Below, in pieces: positions 19,003 to 28,769 of a DNA stretch of 64,000 nt. The first letter of the stretch is position 1. Every line of letters begins with the position of its first letter. The position numbers and the translations under genes are program-made. The notes beneath the pieces were generated by a model. That model searched no databases. It was not told where the DNA came from and worked only from the letters and a program-made list of their open reading frames with translations. The stretch is from a virus, in the IMG/VR virus record IMGVR_UViG_3300023181_000002, positions 35,883 through 99,882 of that record; one strand, given 5' to 3'.

Positions 19003-20991
19003 TCAATAAGCACGCATAGCCGGACCTAACCTGATCATAGGATAATCAGAAGATTCCTCCCTTTCGCGCTTGCCATTAGAAGGACCTAACTGTATCACGT
19101 AACTCTCTTTTTCGTATTCTTTATTCATGATCGTTACCGCGAGAGACTCTGTCAAGTTAAGCAAATGAAGCACCAAATGGAATGCTGAGGCAACGTCGGT
19201 ATTTCTACGCGTACCCCATTTAATAAGTTCTTCCAAGATTAGAGGCAACGTAATATTCTTGTAGCGGCCTTCCATAAAGTATTTACTTCCAAGGTAAGTA
19301 AGTTCCTGCTTCTCTGTCTGGCTTACTTTGATACCGGGATTACCGTTAATGTAAAACAGACGGTCGCCTGCTTTTTTGTCGCGTAAGAAGTTTGGGAACC
19401 CGTCATGGTTCCACTCATAAAGGGTTTTCTCTACACCGTAAAACAGCATGCCTTTATAAAACTCTTCATAGGCTACCATTAAATCCGGATGATTGCCATA
19501 ATACACGCAGACAGGCATATCTGATTTAATATTCTGTATCGTAGGCTTCCTGTATATAATCATCGCATTACGCGAGTCTTCACCAGTATCCTTGTGATTC
19601 TCGCCTCTGGATTTATATCTATCATCTATGGCTGCTACATGAAGGTTCTTATACGCCTCTGTAGGCATACCTTCCCTGTTTACATACCAGTCTCCATCAA
19701 CACTCTCAACGAATTGCACCTTACCGGTAGGCTTACCATAACCATCGAGTAAATACTCTAACCTGCCTTTGTACCAGTGACTGGCATGATTCATTTTAAG
19801 CCATGCGATATGTTCGTTGATTTGCGCGACATTATAAGCAGACTTTTTATTGTTTGGCAAGAACGCCTCTTCCCATGTAAGCGGGTTTTCGATCAGATCC
19901 TGGTTGTAAGCATCCTGATCACCAACTTTCGATTCACGCGTTTCTTTGATCTGTCTGAGCGCTTTGTCTTCCAAAGACTTTCCAGTCATGTAATCAATAC
20001 AACCAAACAGCACGCGCGTTTTAGGGGTGAAATGTCTTGTCGCATTGTAAGCAGAAGGACTTTCGAAGATTTCCCTATAAGCGGTAGATTTATTGATAAT
20101 CGCATTGGAAGTTCCTCCGATCAGAAACATCCCCCACTGCTCCCCTCCGAGTTTTACAGAAGGTTCATTCTCTGTGATGTAGTTTTTCAAGGAATCCCCC
20201 ACCCAAAGACCAGCTTCTGCCGCGATAGCCAAGTTCACCCGTTTTCCTTTATAAACCCCTGCTTTCGTTTCCTGCCCAATTACATCGAAGCGGCACTGGC
20301 TTACCGGCTGCGCGATCCGGCCAATCTTGTAACCTATCGAGAAAAGATTCTGGTTATCATGAAGCAGATAAATATCATGCACCTTATTACTTCCTACGGG
20401 CTTCTTTCTTTTGAAGATCGGATGAAGATTGATCCATGTATTTTTAAACCAGTCACGCTCGGTATTTACGACTTCATCGTTAGGGTAGGCACACCCCATA
20501 ATCAAATCGTCTTTGAAAACGAAGAAGTACATGCCTACCCCTAAAAGCGTAAATGTGGTCCATGCAATCCCCCTTGGTTTTGCTTCGACATGATTCTTCG
20601 CCATCTTATGCTTCCCGTTAGGAAGTTTCATATAGCGGTTCGCCCATATCTGATTTAATATCTCTTCATCATTATCCCGATAATAAGGATAATCATAATC
20701 GAATGTAGAGCTGTCAGGTTTTTTTAATGGAATCTTGCAGAAGTTGAGATAGAAATAAAGGAACCCATTCAGGTAATGCCCATCAGGAGCTACCCATCCG
20801 AATTGACAGCGCTTGATTTGTTCCTGCCACCACTGATAACCCCAATCGTCTTTGTCGCGCTTGGGCATCGGAGGCACCTTATCCGTTTCATGCAGGGCTA
20901 CAACCGGACGGTATAACACCTGTACAGAATCCGGATGTGTAAATGGATTGCGCTCAAGCTCTTCTATGACGATATCTTCTGCATCTATCAT
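19003..20991 (-). CDS. terL: terminase large subunit
   Basis: W.EQ..RC..G, YFYLNF, KPRGIAWT (Walker A-like), AIAAEAG, GGTS, P.TWEEAF, AAID and TD nuclease motifs of crAss-like TerL. Confidence 0.85.
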   Translation of the reverse strand: MIDAEDIVIEELERNPFTHPDSVQVLYRPVVALHETDKVPPMPKRDKDDWGYQWWQEQIKRCQFGWVAPDGHYLNGFLYFYLNFCKIPLKKPDSSTFDYDYPYYRDNDEEILNQIWANRYMKLPNGKHKMAKNHVEAKPRGIAWTTFTLLGVGMYFFVFKDDLIMGCAYPNDEVVNTERDWFKNTWINLHPIFKRKKPVGSNKVHDIYLLHDNQNLFSIGYKIGRIAQPVSQCRFDVIGQETKAGVYKGKRVNLAIAAEAGLWVGDSLKNYITENEPSVKLGGEQWGMFLIGGTSNAIINKSTAYREIFESPSAYNATRHFTPKTRVLFGCIDYMTGKSLEDKALRQIKETRESKVGDQDAYNQDLIENPLTWEEAFLPNNKKSAYNVAQINEHIAWLKMNHASHWYKGRLEYLLDGYGKPTGKVQFVESVDGDWYVNREGMPTEAYKNLHVAAIDDRYKSRGENHKDTGEDSRNAMIIYRKPTIQNIKSDMPVCVYYGNHPDLMVAYEEFYKGMLFYGVEKTLYEWNHDGFPNFLRDKKAGDRLFYINGNPGIKVSQTEKQELTYLGSKYFMEGRYKNITLPLILEELIKWGTRRNTDVASAFHLVLHLLNLTESLAVTIMNKEYEKESYVIQLGPSNGKREREESSDYPMIRLGPAMRAY

Positions 20992-21275
20992 TAACGCGTC
21001 AATGTACCTGTGATTAATAGATTCTCTACGATACCATTTTCGAAATTCACAATGATGCGTTTGCTGATAGAAGCGGTATCAATTCCTTGAGCCAGGCTTT
21101 CTCCGGTGTAAGTGGTTTGCACTCTGTCGCCTAAATCTGTTGGGGATGTACAATGACAAGCGCCATTCGTACTGCGGATGCGCGGAGCATCTTCTACTTT
21201 AAAGAAATCTACTGTAACAGGCTGTCCCGTCTTAACGGTGCCAAAATTCAGATGCTGGGTGGTGAAATAACTCAT
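20991..21275 (-). CDS. DUF1573-like Ig-fold protein
   Basis: LNFGTV..G..V.V.F, ACHCT, K.I.V, L.ITG. Confidence 0.65.
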   Translation of the reverse strand: MSYFTTQHLNFGTVKTGQPVTVDFFKVEDAPRIRSTNGACHCTSPTDLGDRVQTTYTGESLAQGIDTASISKRIIVNFENGIVENLLITGTLTR

Positions 21276-21284
21276 TTGTGGTTC

Positions 21285-21653
21285 TTATTTATTAGTTTGA
21301 AATTGTTTCCATTCTTTGCGGGACATCATTTTAGGGTAGCACTGCACCAGTCCCTGATCAAGGCACCATTGATCTTTACCTGCTTTACAGGCTTTGTCAG
21401 CGAACATTAAATCAGGTGTTTTACAGCCACAGCATAGACAACTCATATTAGGAGTCGCTACACAGGCTTTCGCAGGAGTTTCTTCTGTACGCCATTTGTA
21501 TTGTTCTACAATATGCCGGCGCATAAAGTATCGGTAATTATGGTAGAGATAAATCCGGACGGTGCCTTGGATGTAATACCATGCATCTAGTGGATCTCGC
21601 CATACGTGCAGTATGTTTTGCTTTACTTTTAGGAATGCTGTTTTTAGTTTCAT
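21285..21653 (-). CDS. Cys-rich (CCGC) conserved phage protein
   Basis: C...CLCCGC.TP.L..ADKAC...CYP.MM..KEW. Confidence 0.65.
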   Translation of the reverse strand: MKLKTAFLKVKQNILHVWRDPLDAWYYIQGTVRIYLYHNYRYFMRRHIVEQYKWRTEETPAKACVATPNMSCLCCGCKTPDLMFADKACKAGKDQWCLDQGLVQCYPKMMSRKEWKQFQTNK

Positions 21654-21667
21654 TTTCAGGTGGGTTA

Positions 21668-21798
21668 TAAAAGCAGGAGAGCCTGCATTTTTAAGTGCAA
21701 GCTCCTACGAAAGTTTCCGAACCACCTAGAAACCTTTTTTCTTAAAGAGCACTCCACCCATCGTGAAGTGCCGTAATTCGGATACTATCGCGTGCTTG
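21668..21798 (-). ncRNA. putative 3'UTR-derived three-hairpin small RNA with terminator-like end
   Basis: Stems 21749-21771, 21710-21736, 21679-21704; each has a G.U pair only on the minus strand; U-run follows. Confidence 0.6.
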
Positions 21799-22965
21799 TT
21801 ATGCTACGCTTTCGTCATTCGCTGAGCAGTAACCTACTACTACTGTGTCGCCACCTACCGCTGTTGGCAAGGTTGCTGATTTAGACGTTACCGTGTAAAG
21901 GGATTTACCATTTACGTAAGAGTGTCTTACCACAGAGATTGTATTGCTGTTCGTATAATCAGTTTGCGCCGTTGTCAAGTTAGCACCAGAACCAGCATCA
22001 GTACGTGTTACGCAATAACCGTAAACCGCGAAATCTGTTGGTGTTGTACCTGTTGTTTTCTTATCAAGAGCAGCGCTGTAAGCAGTCGGGTTAAGAAGAG
22101 CAACAGTTGCTGTATAAGCAGACTGACTATTCGTTACCGCAGGATCAAATACAAGCGTTGTTGTTTGCAATACACGACTGAAATGATTCGGATCGCTTGA
22201 CGGACTCGAAGTACCTCCAAATTGACGGATCGGCTGATCCACATAATGGAATATTTCAATCGCTGACAAACAACGGTCTGTATCGCACTGTCCGAAGATC
22301 GCAGCGCCAAACCAGTCAATCATCTTAAATGCCGTGTAACCTGTTTTAAAATTCGGCACGATCAAATCTGCTTCTGTAAGTCCTTGTGCTGACGCTACAA
22401 AGAAACCTACACCTGCCACTTTCGCTTCAAGCTCCAGATAAGTATTACCTACATTAGAGGCTACAACCGGAGAATCAGGGTCTTTATTGAATTCCGCTAC
22501 CAGCGCATTGATAATCTGCGTACAGCTCTCAATACAACCCGTTTGTACATAAGCTTCTTTAGGGCTTGACCATGTTTGCCATACCGGATACTCGCAAGCA
22601 TCACTCACGCGGACATCAACAGAAATTGTATCATTGAAAAGTGTACAGTCAGTACCAGCCTGGCACATCAAACGCACTTTCTGCTTCAGGTTAGCACCGC
22701 AGCTACGTAGCTTCACACCAGAACCGCCATTGAGAATATTCTCAAAAGGAATCTTATGAAAATTACTTCCCGCAGCAAAGCCATCTCCTGTGCCAATACC
22801 TGTAGTTTTTGCAGTATACAGAGACGTTCCCCCTTTGAATACAATGTTTCCAAACTCCAGCACCGGAACTTCCGTAGTTGCCCCGGAAAAATAAATAGCA
22901 AGCTGAGGAGACTGTCCGCAGTCGCCTTGCCTTCTTCTGTGAACACCAAAAGGTTTGTCTCTCAT
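21799..22965 (-). CDS. putative auxiliary capsid protein
   Basis: Position after MCP/ring; LVAEFN.DP.SPV.A...L.L.AK motif. Confidence 0.6.
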   Translation of the reverse strand: MRDKPFGVHRRRQGDCGQSPQLAIYFSGATTEVPVLEFGNIVFKGGTSLYTAKTTGIGTGDGFAAGSNFHKIPFENILNGGSGVKLRSCGANLKQKVRLMCQAGTDCTLFNDTISVDVRVSDACEYPVWQTWSSPKEAYVQTGCIESCTQIINALVAEFNKDPDSPVVASNVGNTYLELEAKVAGVGFFVASAQGLTEADLIVPNFKTGYTAFKMIDWFGAAIFGQCDTDRCLSAIEIFHYVDQPIRQFGGTSSPSSDPNHFSRVLQTTTLVFDPAVTNSQSAYTATVALLNPTAYSAALDKKTTGTTPTDFAVYGYCVTRTDAGSGANLTTAQTDYTNSNTISVVRHSYVNGKSLYTVTSKSATLPTAVGGDTVVVGYCSANDESVA

Positions 22966-22984
22966 TTTATTTTAATTTATTAAA

Positions 22985-23632
22985 TTATCCATTGTTTTGA
23001 ACTTCTTGTCCCGTAGCCTGCCACTTGTTATAGTCTTCAATGCTAAGGGAATATTTCATTACTACCATATCAATGATGTCGTACTGTTGCGCCTGATCCT
23101 CTTCGGTGAACCCGTTAGGCTCTGTCAGAAGCGCGTAAGGCTTTGGCTTTTTTACGTAATAAACACTCACACCTTTCGGGGTATTCGTACTTAATATGTC
23201 AAAGTATAAGCCGGCATCGTTACGTCTTTCTATGTACCTTGGAAACTCGTCGTCTGGTTGATTAAAAGGATCACTTAAAGATTCTATCCCTTCATCTACT
23301 GTAAACGGCACAATCGGTCTTGTATAGGTTGTAATCTGTGCCCCACACTGAAAATCGAAATCTGCCCAAACACCCAGCACAAACGCAATATTCAAATCAT
23401 CTGTGATATTTACCTGGCGAACATCCCCGAAGTCCTTGTCCCTGATAAAAGCTCTTGCGTCGGAACGCTGAAGCTCTGTCACTTCGAAATCCTTCACTTT
23501 TAACCTCAACCATTCAAGTCTTGATTCTTCGTACATCCAGACAAAAGCCAACTTCTGAATATCAGGGGAGTTAGATTTGTCAAGCTTTTCTGAAGCATAC
23601 CTGAATATTTCAAGGTTGGTTAATTTCGCCAT
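22985..23632 (-). CDS. tail ring (head-tail connector) protein
   Basis: LDK.NSP, DPFN.P, YVKKP motifs of crAss-like ring proteins. Confidence 0.7.
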   Translation of the reverse strand: MAKLTNLEIFRYASEKLDKSNSPDIQKLAFVWMYEESRLEWLRLKVKDFEVTELQRSDARAFIRDKDFGDVRQVNITDDLNIAFVLGVWADFDFQCGAQITTYTRPIVPFTVDEGIESLSDPFNQPDDEFPRYIERRNDAGLYFDILSTNTPKGVSVYYVKKPKPYALLTEPNGFTEEDQAQQYDIIDMVVMKYSLSIEDYNKWQATGQEVQNNG

Positions 23633-24651
23633 TATTTAATCAAGGATTGCTCCTTTAAACCATTGTACAAAGGTTGATTCGATGCGAAGAACTCTTTAAG
23701 TTTCTTCTTCGTGAAACGTTCGTCAGAAATCGTTGGAAGGAAATACTTTGTCATAGGTCCTTTACCTTCTTTCTCAATCAACTGCGCTTCAAGAAACTCA
23801 TCGATCTTAATATCCATCATCGCGTCATCGTCAATCGGAGCTGAATCATCGAGTGGTCTTGCCTCTAAAGGTTTACCTACTTCATTGAACAAGCTCACAA
23901 AGTCAGAATCTTCGAATTTAGGCTCGTAAGCTTCAACCTTTTTCACATACTTCGGATCAATACCGCGTTGCAAATACACTTTAAAATCTGCATCCGAACG
24001 AAGTTGGAAAGCAGCTTCCTCTTGTGTCTTGGCATAGATCGTATCACGGTCTTTGCGAATCTTTCCATCTGTATCTTTAAACACAACACCTTTCTCGATA
24101 GCCACATCCAAAAGTGCCATCAATTCAAAGTCCTGTGTTTCGACGATCATCTCTTCACCGCGCATAAACTTCGCCGGCTCTGTACGTGCCAGGTTATCAA
24201 GCTTCGTAAAGATGGTCTTCGAAGGTAAACCTGCGGCAAGACCAATCAATCGGCGGTATATCTGTGCCAATAATGTTTCATCATTCTTATGCTTACGAAG
24301 ATATTCTTGCACTTTGAACGACTGCTCAGCGAAGTAAAGCTCTTTGTCAACAATCTCCTGTGGATTAACAAGTAAGATGTGCGAAGTGCTTTCAGGATTC
24401 ATCTTGCAGAAAAGCTGCAAGGTCTTGAAGTTATGCGCTTCAATCTTGTTGTCAAGGTTGAACTGGATTGTGTTGTCAATCACTAAATCTACTTCATCTG
24501 TACCGTCCGAGGTAAAGAAACAACGTCTTGGTTCTGCACTGCCGAGACGAGCTGTAAAGCCCGACCCGATGATTTCTTGTCTAAGCACGCCGCCAGCTTC
24601 CTTTCGGAGTCCGTTGACTTGTCTTAAAGAAGCTGATACAATATTTGACAT
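23632..24651 (-). CDS. conserved crAss-like protein downstream of MCP
   Basis: Synteny; FNLDN, ALLDVAIEKGVV. Confidence 0.55.
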   Translation of the reverse strand: MSNIVSASLRQVNGLRKEAGGVLRQEIIGSGFTARLGSAEPRRCFFTSDGTDEVDLVIDNTIQFNLDNKIEAHNFKTLQLFCKMNPESTSHILLVNPQEIVDKELYFAEQSFKVQEYLRKHKNDETLLAQIYRRLIGLAAGLPSKTIFTKLDNLARTEPAKFMRGEEMIVETQDFELMALLDVAIEKGVVFKDTDGKIRKDRDTIYAKTQEEAAFQLRSDADFKVYLQRGIDPKYVKKVEAYEPKFEDSDFVSLFNEVGKPLEARPLDDSAPIDDDAMMDIKIDEFLEAQLIEKEGKGPMTKYFLPTISDERFTKKKLKEFFASNQPLYNGLKEQSLIK

Positions 24652-24680
24652 GATATTTTTATTTGTGGTTCTAAAAAATA

Positions 24681-26249
24681 TTAATCCTGCAAAGTAAGCT
24701 TGATGATACCCATGATATCGATGTAAGGCACACCTTCAAACAACAAGTGATGTTCGATACCATCGACAGTAGATCCGATATTGTAAGTATCTTGGTTGTT
24801 CATCATTTGCTGAAGTGCGGTATCCTGCATGTTCATCAATTGTGTACCGGTAGCGCCGTTGAATTGGCCTGTGATACCAGTTGTTTTACCATACACAAAC
24901 CCACGGTCAATGCCGTTACCGGATTTAGTATAATAAGTGAATGATTTTAAACGGGAACCATCATCTCCACGGCGAACCGGGATAAAGAAAATTTCGCGGC
25001 TACGATCTTTACCTTTGATACCATTGTAGTTGAAAGTCTTATACTCTCCTGTGCTTTGGTAAGCGCCTGTCATGTCATACATGAAAAGATCGCCATGATC
25101 CGTTGTGTATTTATTGATACCAAAACCAATATCTACTTTACCCGAAGCAGGCACATCACGGAACAATGTTACAGGATATTTAGCGGCAGCTCCTTCACGG
25201 ATCGTGTCGCGTAGCCATTGCATACCTCCATCTTCACCTACGGCAAGAATGTCTGCGCCTGGGAATATTTGACGGATTTGCTGCATGATACTATCGATAC
25301 GTCCAAGATTCGAACGGTATGTGCCGCGAACAGGATGACGGTATTGAATGCGTGCCTGATCTAATTGCTGACGGATACCTGCGTAAGAAGGACGGTCCGG
25401 ACGAGCTGTTAAACCTTTATAGCCATTCACTTCAAGCGTCAACGGGTCGAAGTTTGAACGGGAGTCCATAATCTGTCCTTCTACACTCGCCAAAGCTTGA
25501 CGGAAGAAGTTAACAGGAAGACTTGTTCTGAAACTTGTAGACGTTGAACCATCCATGGCTCTGTCAACACCGAATGTGAACACCTCATCTGACATAGCAG
25601 AACCTGTTTCAGGATAGCCATAACGAGTGATCATTGTCGGGTTAACAAATTCATTGCGCTTCATCGGGTTAAGCGCTAAACTGTTTGAAGTTTGAGAGCC
25701 TTCACCTTTCGTGTTACCAAATCCCCAGTTTACCGGCTTGCCGATCTGAAGAAGGCTACCTGATGCAGTTTCTCCTACTTGCCCTACAAGTACGAAAGTT
25801 ACATCTACATAACCCTGATTGGTGTTACGACGGGAAACAACGCGAAGAATCGTTCTGTCATCCCATAATTTTACTTGTTCATCCTCGTCAAGCACACCGA
25901 AATCAAGTGATACGTCAAAAGGAATCCCTGCTACCAATACGTCCGGCACTTGGCTGTTGTCAACCACGTAAGACAATTGGCGCGTTTCTGTTTCTTCGCG
26001 GATACGGATAAATTCTGAGCCAATGGTAGAAGTCTCAACTGTAAAGCCTTTGTCTTTCGCAGTAAGATCTACACCAGCGCCGAATAAATTGGTAAACACA
26101 AGATACGGCGATTTCCAGTTGGTGTAACTGATGATCTTGGTTAGGAACTCTTGAGGGTAGCGCGAAAGAAGATCATCGCGCAGGGCAAGATCGTTAACCA
26201 TTCTGCGGCGACTGCCTTTATTAACACTTACTCTAAGTTGGTCTGCCAT
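24681..26249 (-). CDS. major capsid protein
   Basis: 522 aa after scaffold; GEGS...N...ITRY..TGSA, AGIRQQL, DG.E.H.L.E.......I.L. Confidence 0.8.
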   Translation of the reverse strand: MADQLRVSVNKGSRRRMVNDLALRDDLLSRYPQEFLTKIISYTNWKSPYLVFTNLFGAGVDLTAKDKGFTVETSTIGSEFIRIREETETRQLSYVVDNSQVPDVLVAGIPFDVSLDFGVLDEDEQVKLWDDRTILRVVSRRNTNQGYVDVTFVLVGQVGETASGSLLQIGKPVNWGFGNTKGEGSQTSNSLALNPMKRNEFVNPTMITRYGYPETGSAMSDEVFTFGVDRAMDGSTSTSFRTSLPVNFFRQALASVEGQIMDSRSNFDPLTLEVNGYKGLTARPDRPSYAGIRQQLDQARIQYRHPVRGTYRSNLGRIDSIMQQIRQIFPGADILAVGEDGGMQWLRDTIREGAAAKYPVTLFRDVPASGKVDIGFGINKYTTDHGDLFMYDMTGAYQSTGEYKTFNYNGIKGKDRSREIFFIPVRRGDDGSRLKSFTYYTKSGNGIDRGFVYGKTTGITGQFNGATGTQLMNMQDTALQQMMNNQDTYNIGSTVDGIEHHLLFEGVPYIDIMGIIKLTLQD

Positions 26250-26254
26250 TGTTT

Positions 26255-27193
26255 TTAGATTTTACTTTTAAACTTTGAATTTTTCCCCGTTTCAAATCCG
26301 CGCTTATCTACGCCTCTCAAAAGACTTGCAAATAATTTCTTGTCCAAAGCGATTGCCTTGACAATTTCGTACTCGGCACGTTCCTCCGGCGTTTTTGGTT
26401 GAGGAGGGTTTGCCATATTTCTTGTTACAACCTGCTTTAGATAAGACTTCATGTCTTCCGGGATTTCAACGCCCATTGGACTGAATGTATCTAAGGTCTG
26501 ATGTAAAACATTTCTGTATTGCTTTTCTGCTTGAAGGGAAGTATCTGCGTGGCTTCTGGCATCGCTAAGAATCTTTTCATATTCATTCTTATAATGACCT
26601 CTAAAAGAGTTCGCCATGCGCTTGCCGTCTTCTGTGAGCTTATTCTCTTCATCGAACAGTTCCGCGATGCGCTCATCATACATTCTCCGTGAGAAGGTAA
26701 TTGGGTCACTATCCATGCGTTCTCTCAGTACTTTACGGATCAGCTCTGCATCAGGCATAGAATTGTTATCCAACGCTTGCTGTGCTTCCGCGAAACGAGG
26801 ATTGCTGCGAAGAAACTCATTGCCTTTCTCCAAGCGGAACGACTCATCGTAAACCGCTTCAGGTGAATTCAGGTGAGAATAGTTCTCTCCAAATTTCTGT
26901 ACTGCAAGCTGAGAGTAATTCGTTTTATCTTCTTCTACTTTAAAGCCTCCTGTGATCAGATCTTTATAAGGTGTCCAGTACTCAGGTAAATCATCAGGAT
27001 CATTACCTTCATTCACCGGAGCAGTATCTACACCTTTAGGAACAGAGGTATTCACCTTGTTCTCTAAACTCTTAATAAGATCATCATCAAATCCCTGCGA
27101 TTTCCCCGCTATAAAAGGCTCAGCCTGTTTGGAGAATCCCGCTTCGGAATTAAATTTCTCAAAAGCATCAACTGCTACTGACGTTCCTGTCAT
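26255..27193 (-). CDS. putative scaffolding protein
   Basis: Acidic helical protein immediately upstream of MCP. Confidence 0.6.
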   Translation of the reverse strand: MTGTSVAVDAFEKFNSEAGFSKQAEPFIAGKSQGFDDDLIKSLENKVNTSVPKGVDTAPVNEGNDPDDLPEYWTPYKDLITGGFKVEEDKTNYSQLAVQKFGENYSHLNSPEAVYDESFRLEKGNEFLRSNPRFAEAQQALDNNSMPDAELIRKVLRERMDSDPITFSRRMYDERIAELFDEENKLTEDGKRMANSFRGHYKNEYEKILSDARSHADTSLQAEKQYRNVLHQTLDTFSPMGVEIPEDMKSYLKQVVTRNMANPPQPKTPEERAEYEIVKAIALDKKLFASLLRGVDKRGFETGKNSKFKSKI

Positions 27194-27224
27194 GGTATTT
27201 TATTGTTTTCGTGGTTCTTGGAAT

Positions 27225-27263
27225 CAAATTTATATAGAGCGCAATAGATAATTCGTCTCACAA
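27225..27263 (-). promoter_or_regulatory. putative phage late promoter TTGTGAGACGA-N20-TAAATTTG
   Basis: Bacteroidota -7 element preceded by repeated 11-mer; upstream of scaffold/MCP operon. Confidence 0.65.
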
Positions 27264-27320
27264 CAATTCTTTTGGAATTGATTTTTTATTATATTTACAG
27301 ACGTAAAAATCCACTATAAA

Positions 27321-27830
27321 ATGTCATTAGAAGAAATCTACAAAATCGTAAATGACTTTAAAGAAGAGCAGAGATTAAGATGGCTCTCAAATGATAACAC
27401 CATCGAAGATTTGTTCTACGTATTGCTATCTGAAAGGGTTGACAAGAAATCTATACAAGAAGTTGTAGAGCTTGCTATCATTGAACACTTCGATGTGAAT
27501 CGTATTGATTTTCACCGTGTGAAGATGGGTAAATATGGAGATGCTGAATCTATACCAGATAATATTAGACGTGTCGCTCATGCAAGAAAATGGCACGTTA
27601 GTATCTTAATGAATATGCTCCATGTATCAAATTTCACAATGAAGAGTAATTACGGTAATTGGTATCATCATAGAATAGCATTCGATCACAGGCCGGCTTA
27701 TATGGGAGCTTTAATGCCTTGTTCTGTCGAAGATCAATCTAACAGAGATCACCTGCTTTCTATCGGTAACATTATAAAAAGAATGTGCAATGAAGAGGGG
27801 CTTTTAGATGAAAGATTGGATTTAATTTAA
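27321..27830 (+). CDS. hypothetical protein, weak DnaA domain-IV-like HTH
   Basis: IIEHFDV...RRVAHARK....L pattern. Confidence 0.4.
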   Translation: MSLEEIYKIVNDFKEEQRLRWLSNDNTIEDLFYVLLSERVDKKSIQEVVELAIIEHFDVNRIDFHRVKMGKYGDAESIPDNIRRVAHARKWHVSILMNMLHVSNFTMKSNYGNWYHHRIAFDHRPAYMGALMPCSVEDQSNRDHLLSIGNIIKRMCNEEGLLDERLDLI

Positions 27831-27848
27831 ACTTTAAGAAAATACACA

Positions 27849-28310
27849 ATGAATGATCATTTGAAATTTCTACAGAACATTATCAACGAAGAAATTAAAG
27901 AAGTTAAGTTATGGCCGAATCCTCAAAAAGATTTAATGGTAGAAGAGCTTCAATCTGCTGATGTATTAATCAATGAATGCACAGACACGAAAGAGTTTAA
28001 GTTCCCCTTTTACGCAGCTCTATGTTTTATGCGTAGAGGTATGAAAATTCAAGTAGATGAGTGGGATGGATTTATCCGGCTGGAAGGGAATTTACTCCCT
28101 ACAGGGAAAGGAGATAAAGTAACCTTAGCAATATCCGGAGGTATGCTTGATATTCGAGATCAAGATGGTAATAAGATAGATTATTTTGACAAAAGAGCTG
28201 AGGTAGTAAAAACTTCCCTTGCAAGAAAAAATGAAAATAGTAATTGCTTTTCAATTTACAGCCTAAATAATCGACTTGAGTTTGTGGACGGCGAATATAT
28301 CAAAGCCTAA
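27849..28310 (+). CDS. hypothetical protein, weak DUF2829-like motif
   Basis: FYAAL.FMRRG.KI....WDG. Confidence 0.35.
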   Translation: MNDHLKFLQNIINEEIKEVKLWPNPQKDLMVEELQSADVLINECTDTKEFKFPFYAALCFMRRGMKIQVDEWDGFIRLEGNLLPTGKGDKVTLAISGGMLDIRDQDGNKIDYFDKRAEVVKTSLARKNENSNCFSIYSLNNRLEFVDGEYIKA

Positions 28311-28767
28311 CAATTCTCTCCCACCCATTTCGGAGATATCCTTCAATCCCTTTACCTGGCGCATATTCCGGGTAAAGGTCTTCAAACTCTTCGCGGCACT
28401 CCTGAAAGGAATCTCCCTCAAAGAGCATCATCTTTCCGAAGTATGCCATAATGATTGACATGCTGCGAGATTTACCTTGATTACATCTTACAAGTACCGG
28501 GCGATGCTTTATGTTCGCATTGATGAATTTAAATGCTTCCCTAAAAATAGGATCTGTATATTCTGCTTTGAATTCAAACGGAGCATCCACCAAATTTAGC
28601 GTCAAAGCATCTTTCGTTTCATGAATTAAATAGTTCAGGTGATTTGATTCAACTTTTCCTACGGCGTTTACATGCCAAGGCGATTTTGCAGCGTTAATTA
28701 CAGCCCATCCTTCAAGAGGTTCATCCTTTTCGCTTCCATAGAAGAGATTATCCAGTACTTCTACCAT
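28300..28767 (-). CDS. dual-specificity (CX5R) protein phosphatase
   Basis: PVLVRCNQGKSRS P-loop, upstream LVD general-acid loop, Y.P..G tail. Confidence 0.85.
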   Translation of the reverse strand: MVEVLDNLFYGSEKDEPLEGWAVINAAKSPWHVNAVGKVESNHLNYLIHETKDALTLNLVDAPFEFKAEYTDPIFREAFKFINANIKHRPVLVRCNQGKSRSMSIIMAYFGKMMLFEGDSFQECREEFEDLYPEYAPGKGIEGYLRNGWERIVRL

Positions 28768-28769
28768 AA

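Noticed and set aside
19777-20544. 255-aa plus-strand ORF and other antisense ORFs within structural genes
   Set aside because: Fully overlap well-supported genes, no motifs or initiation context
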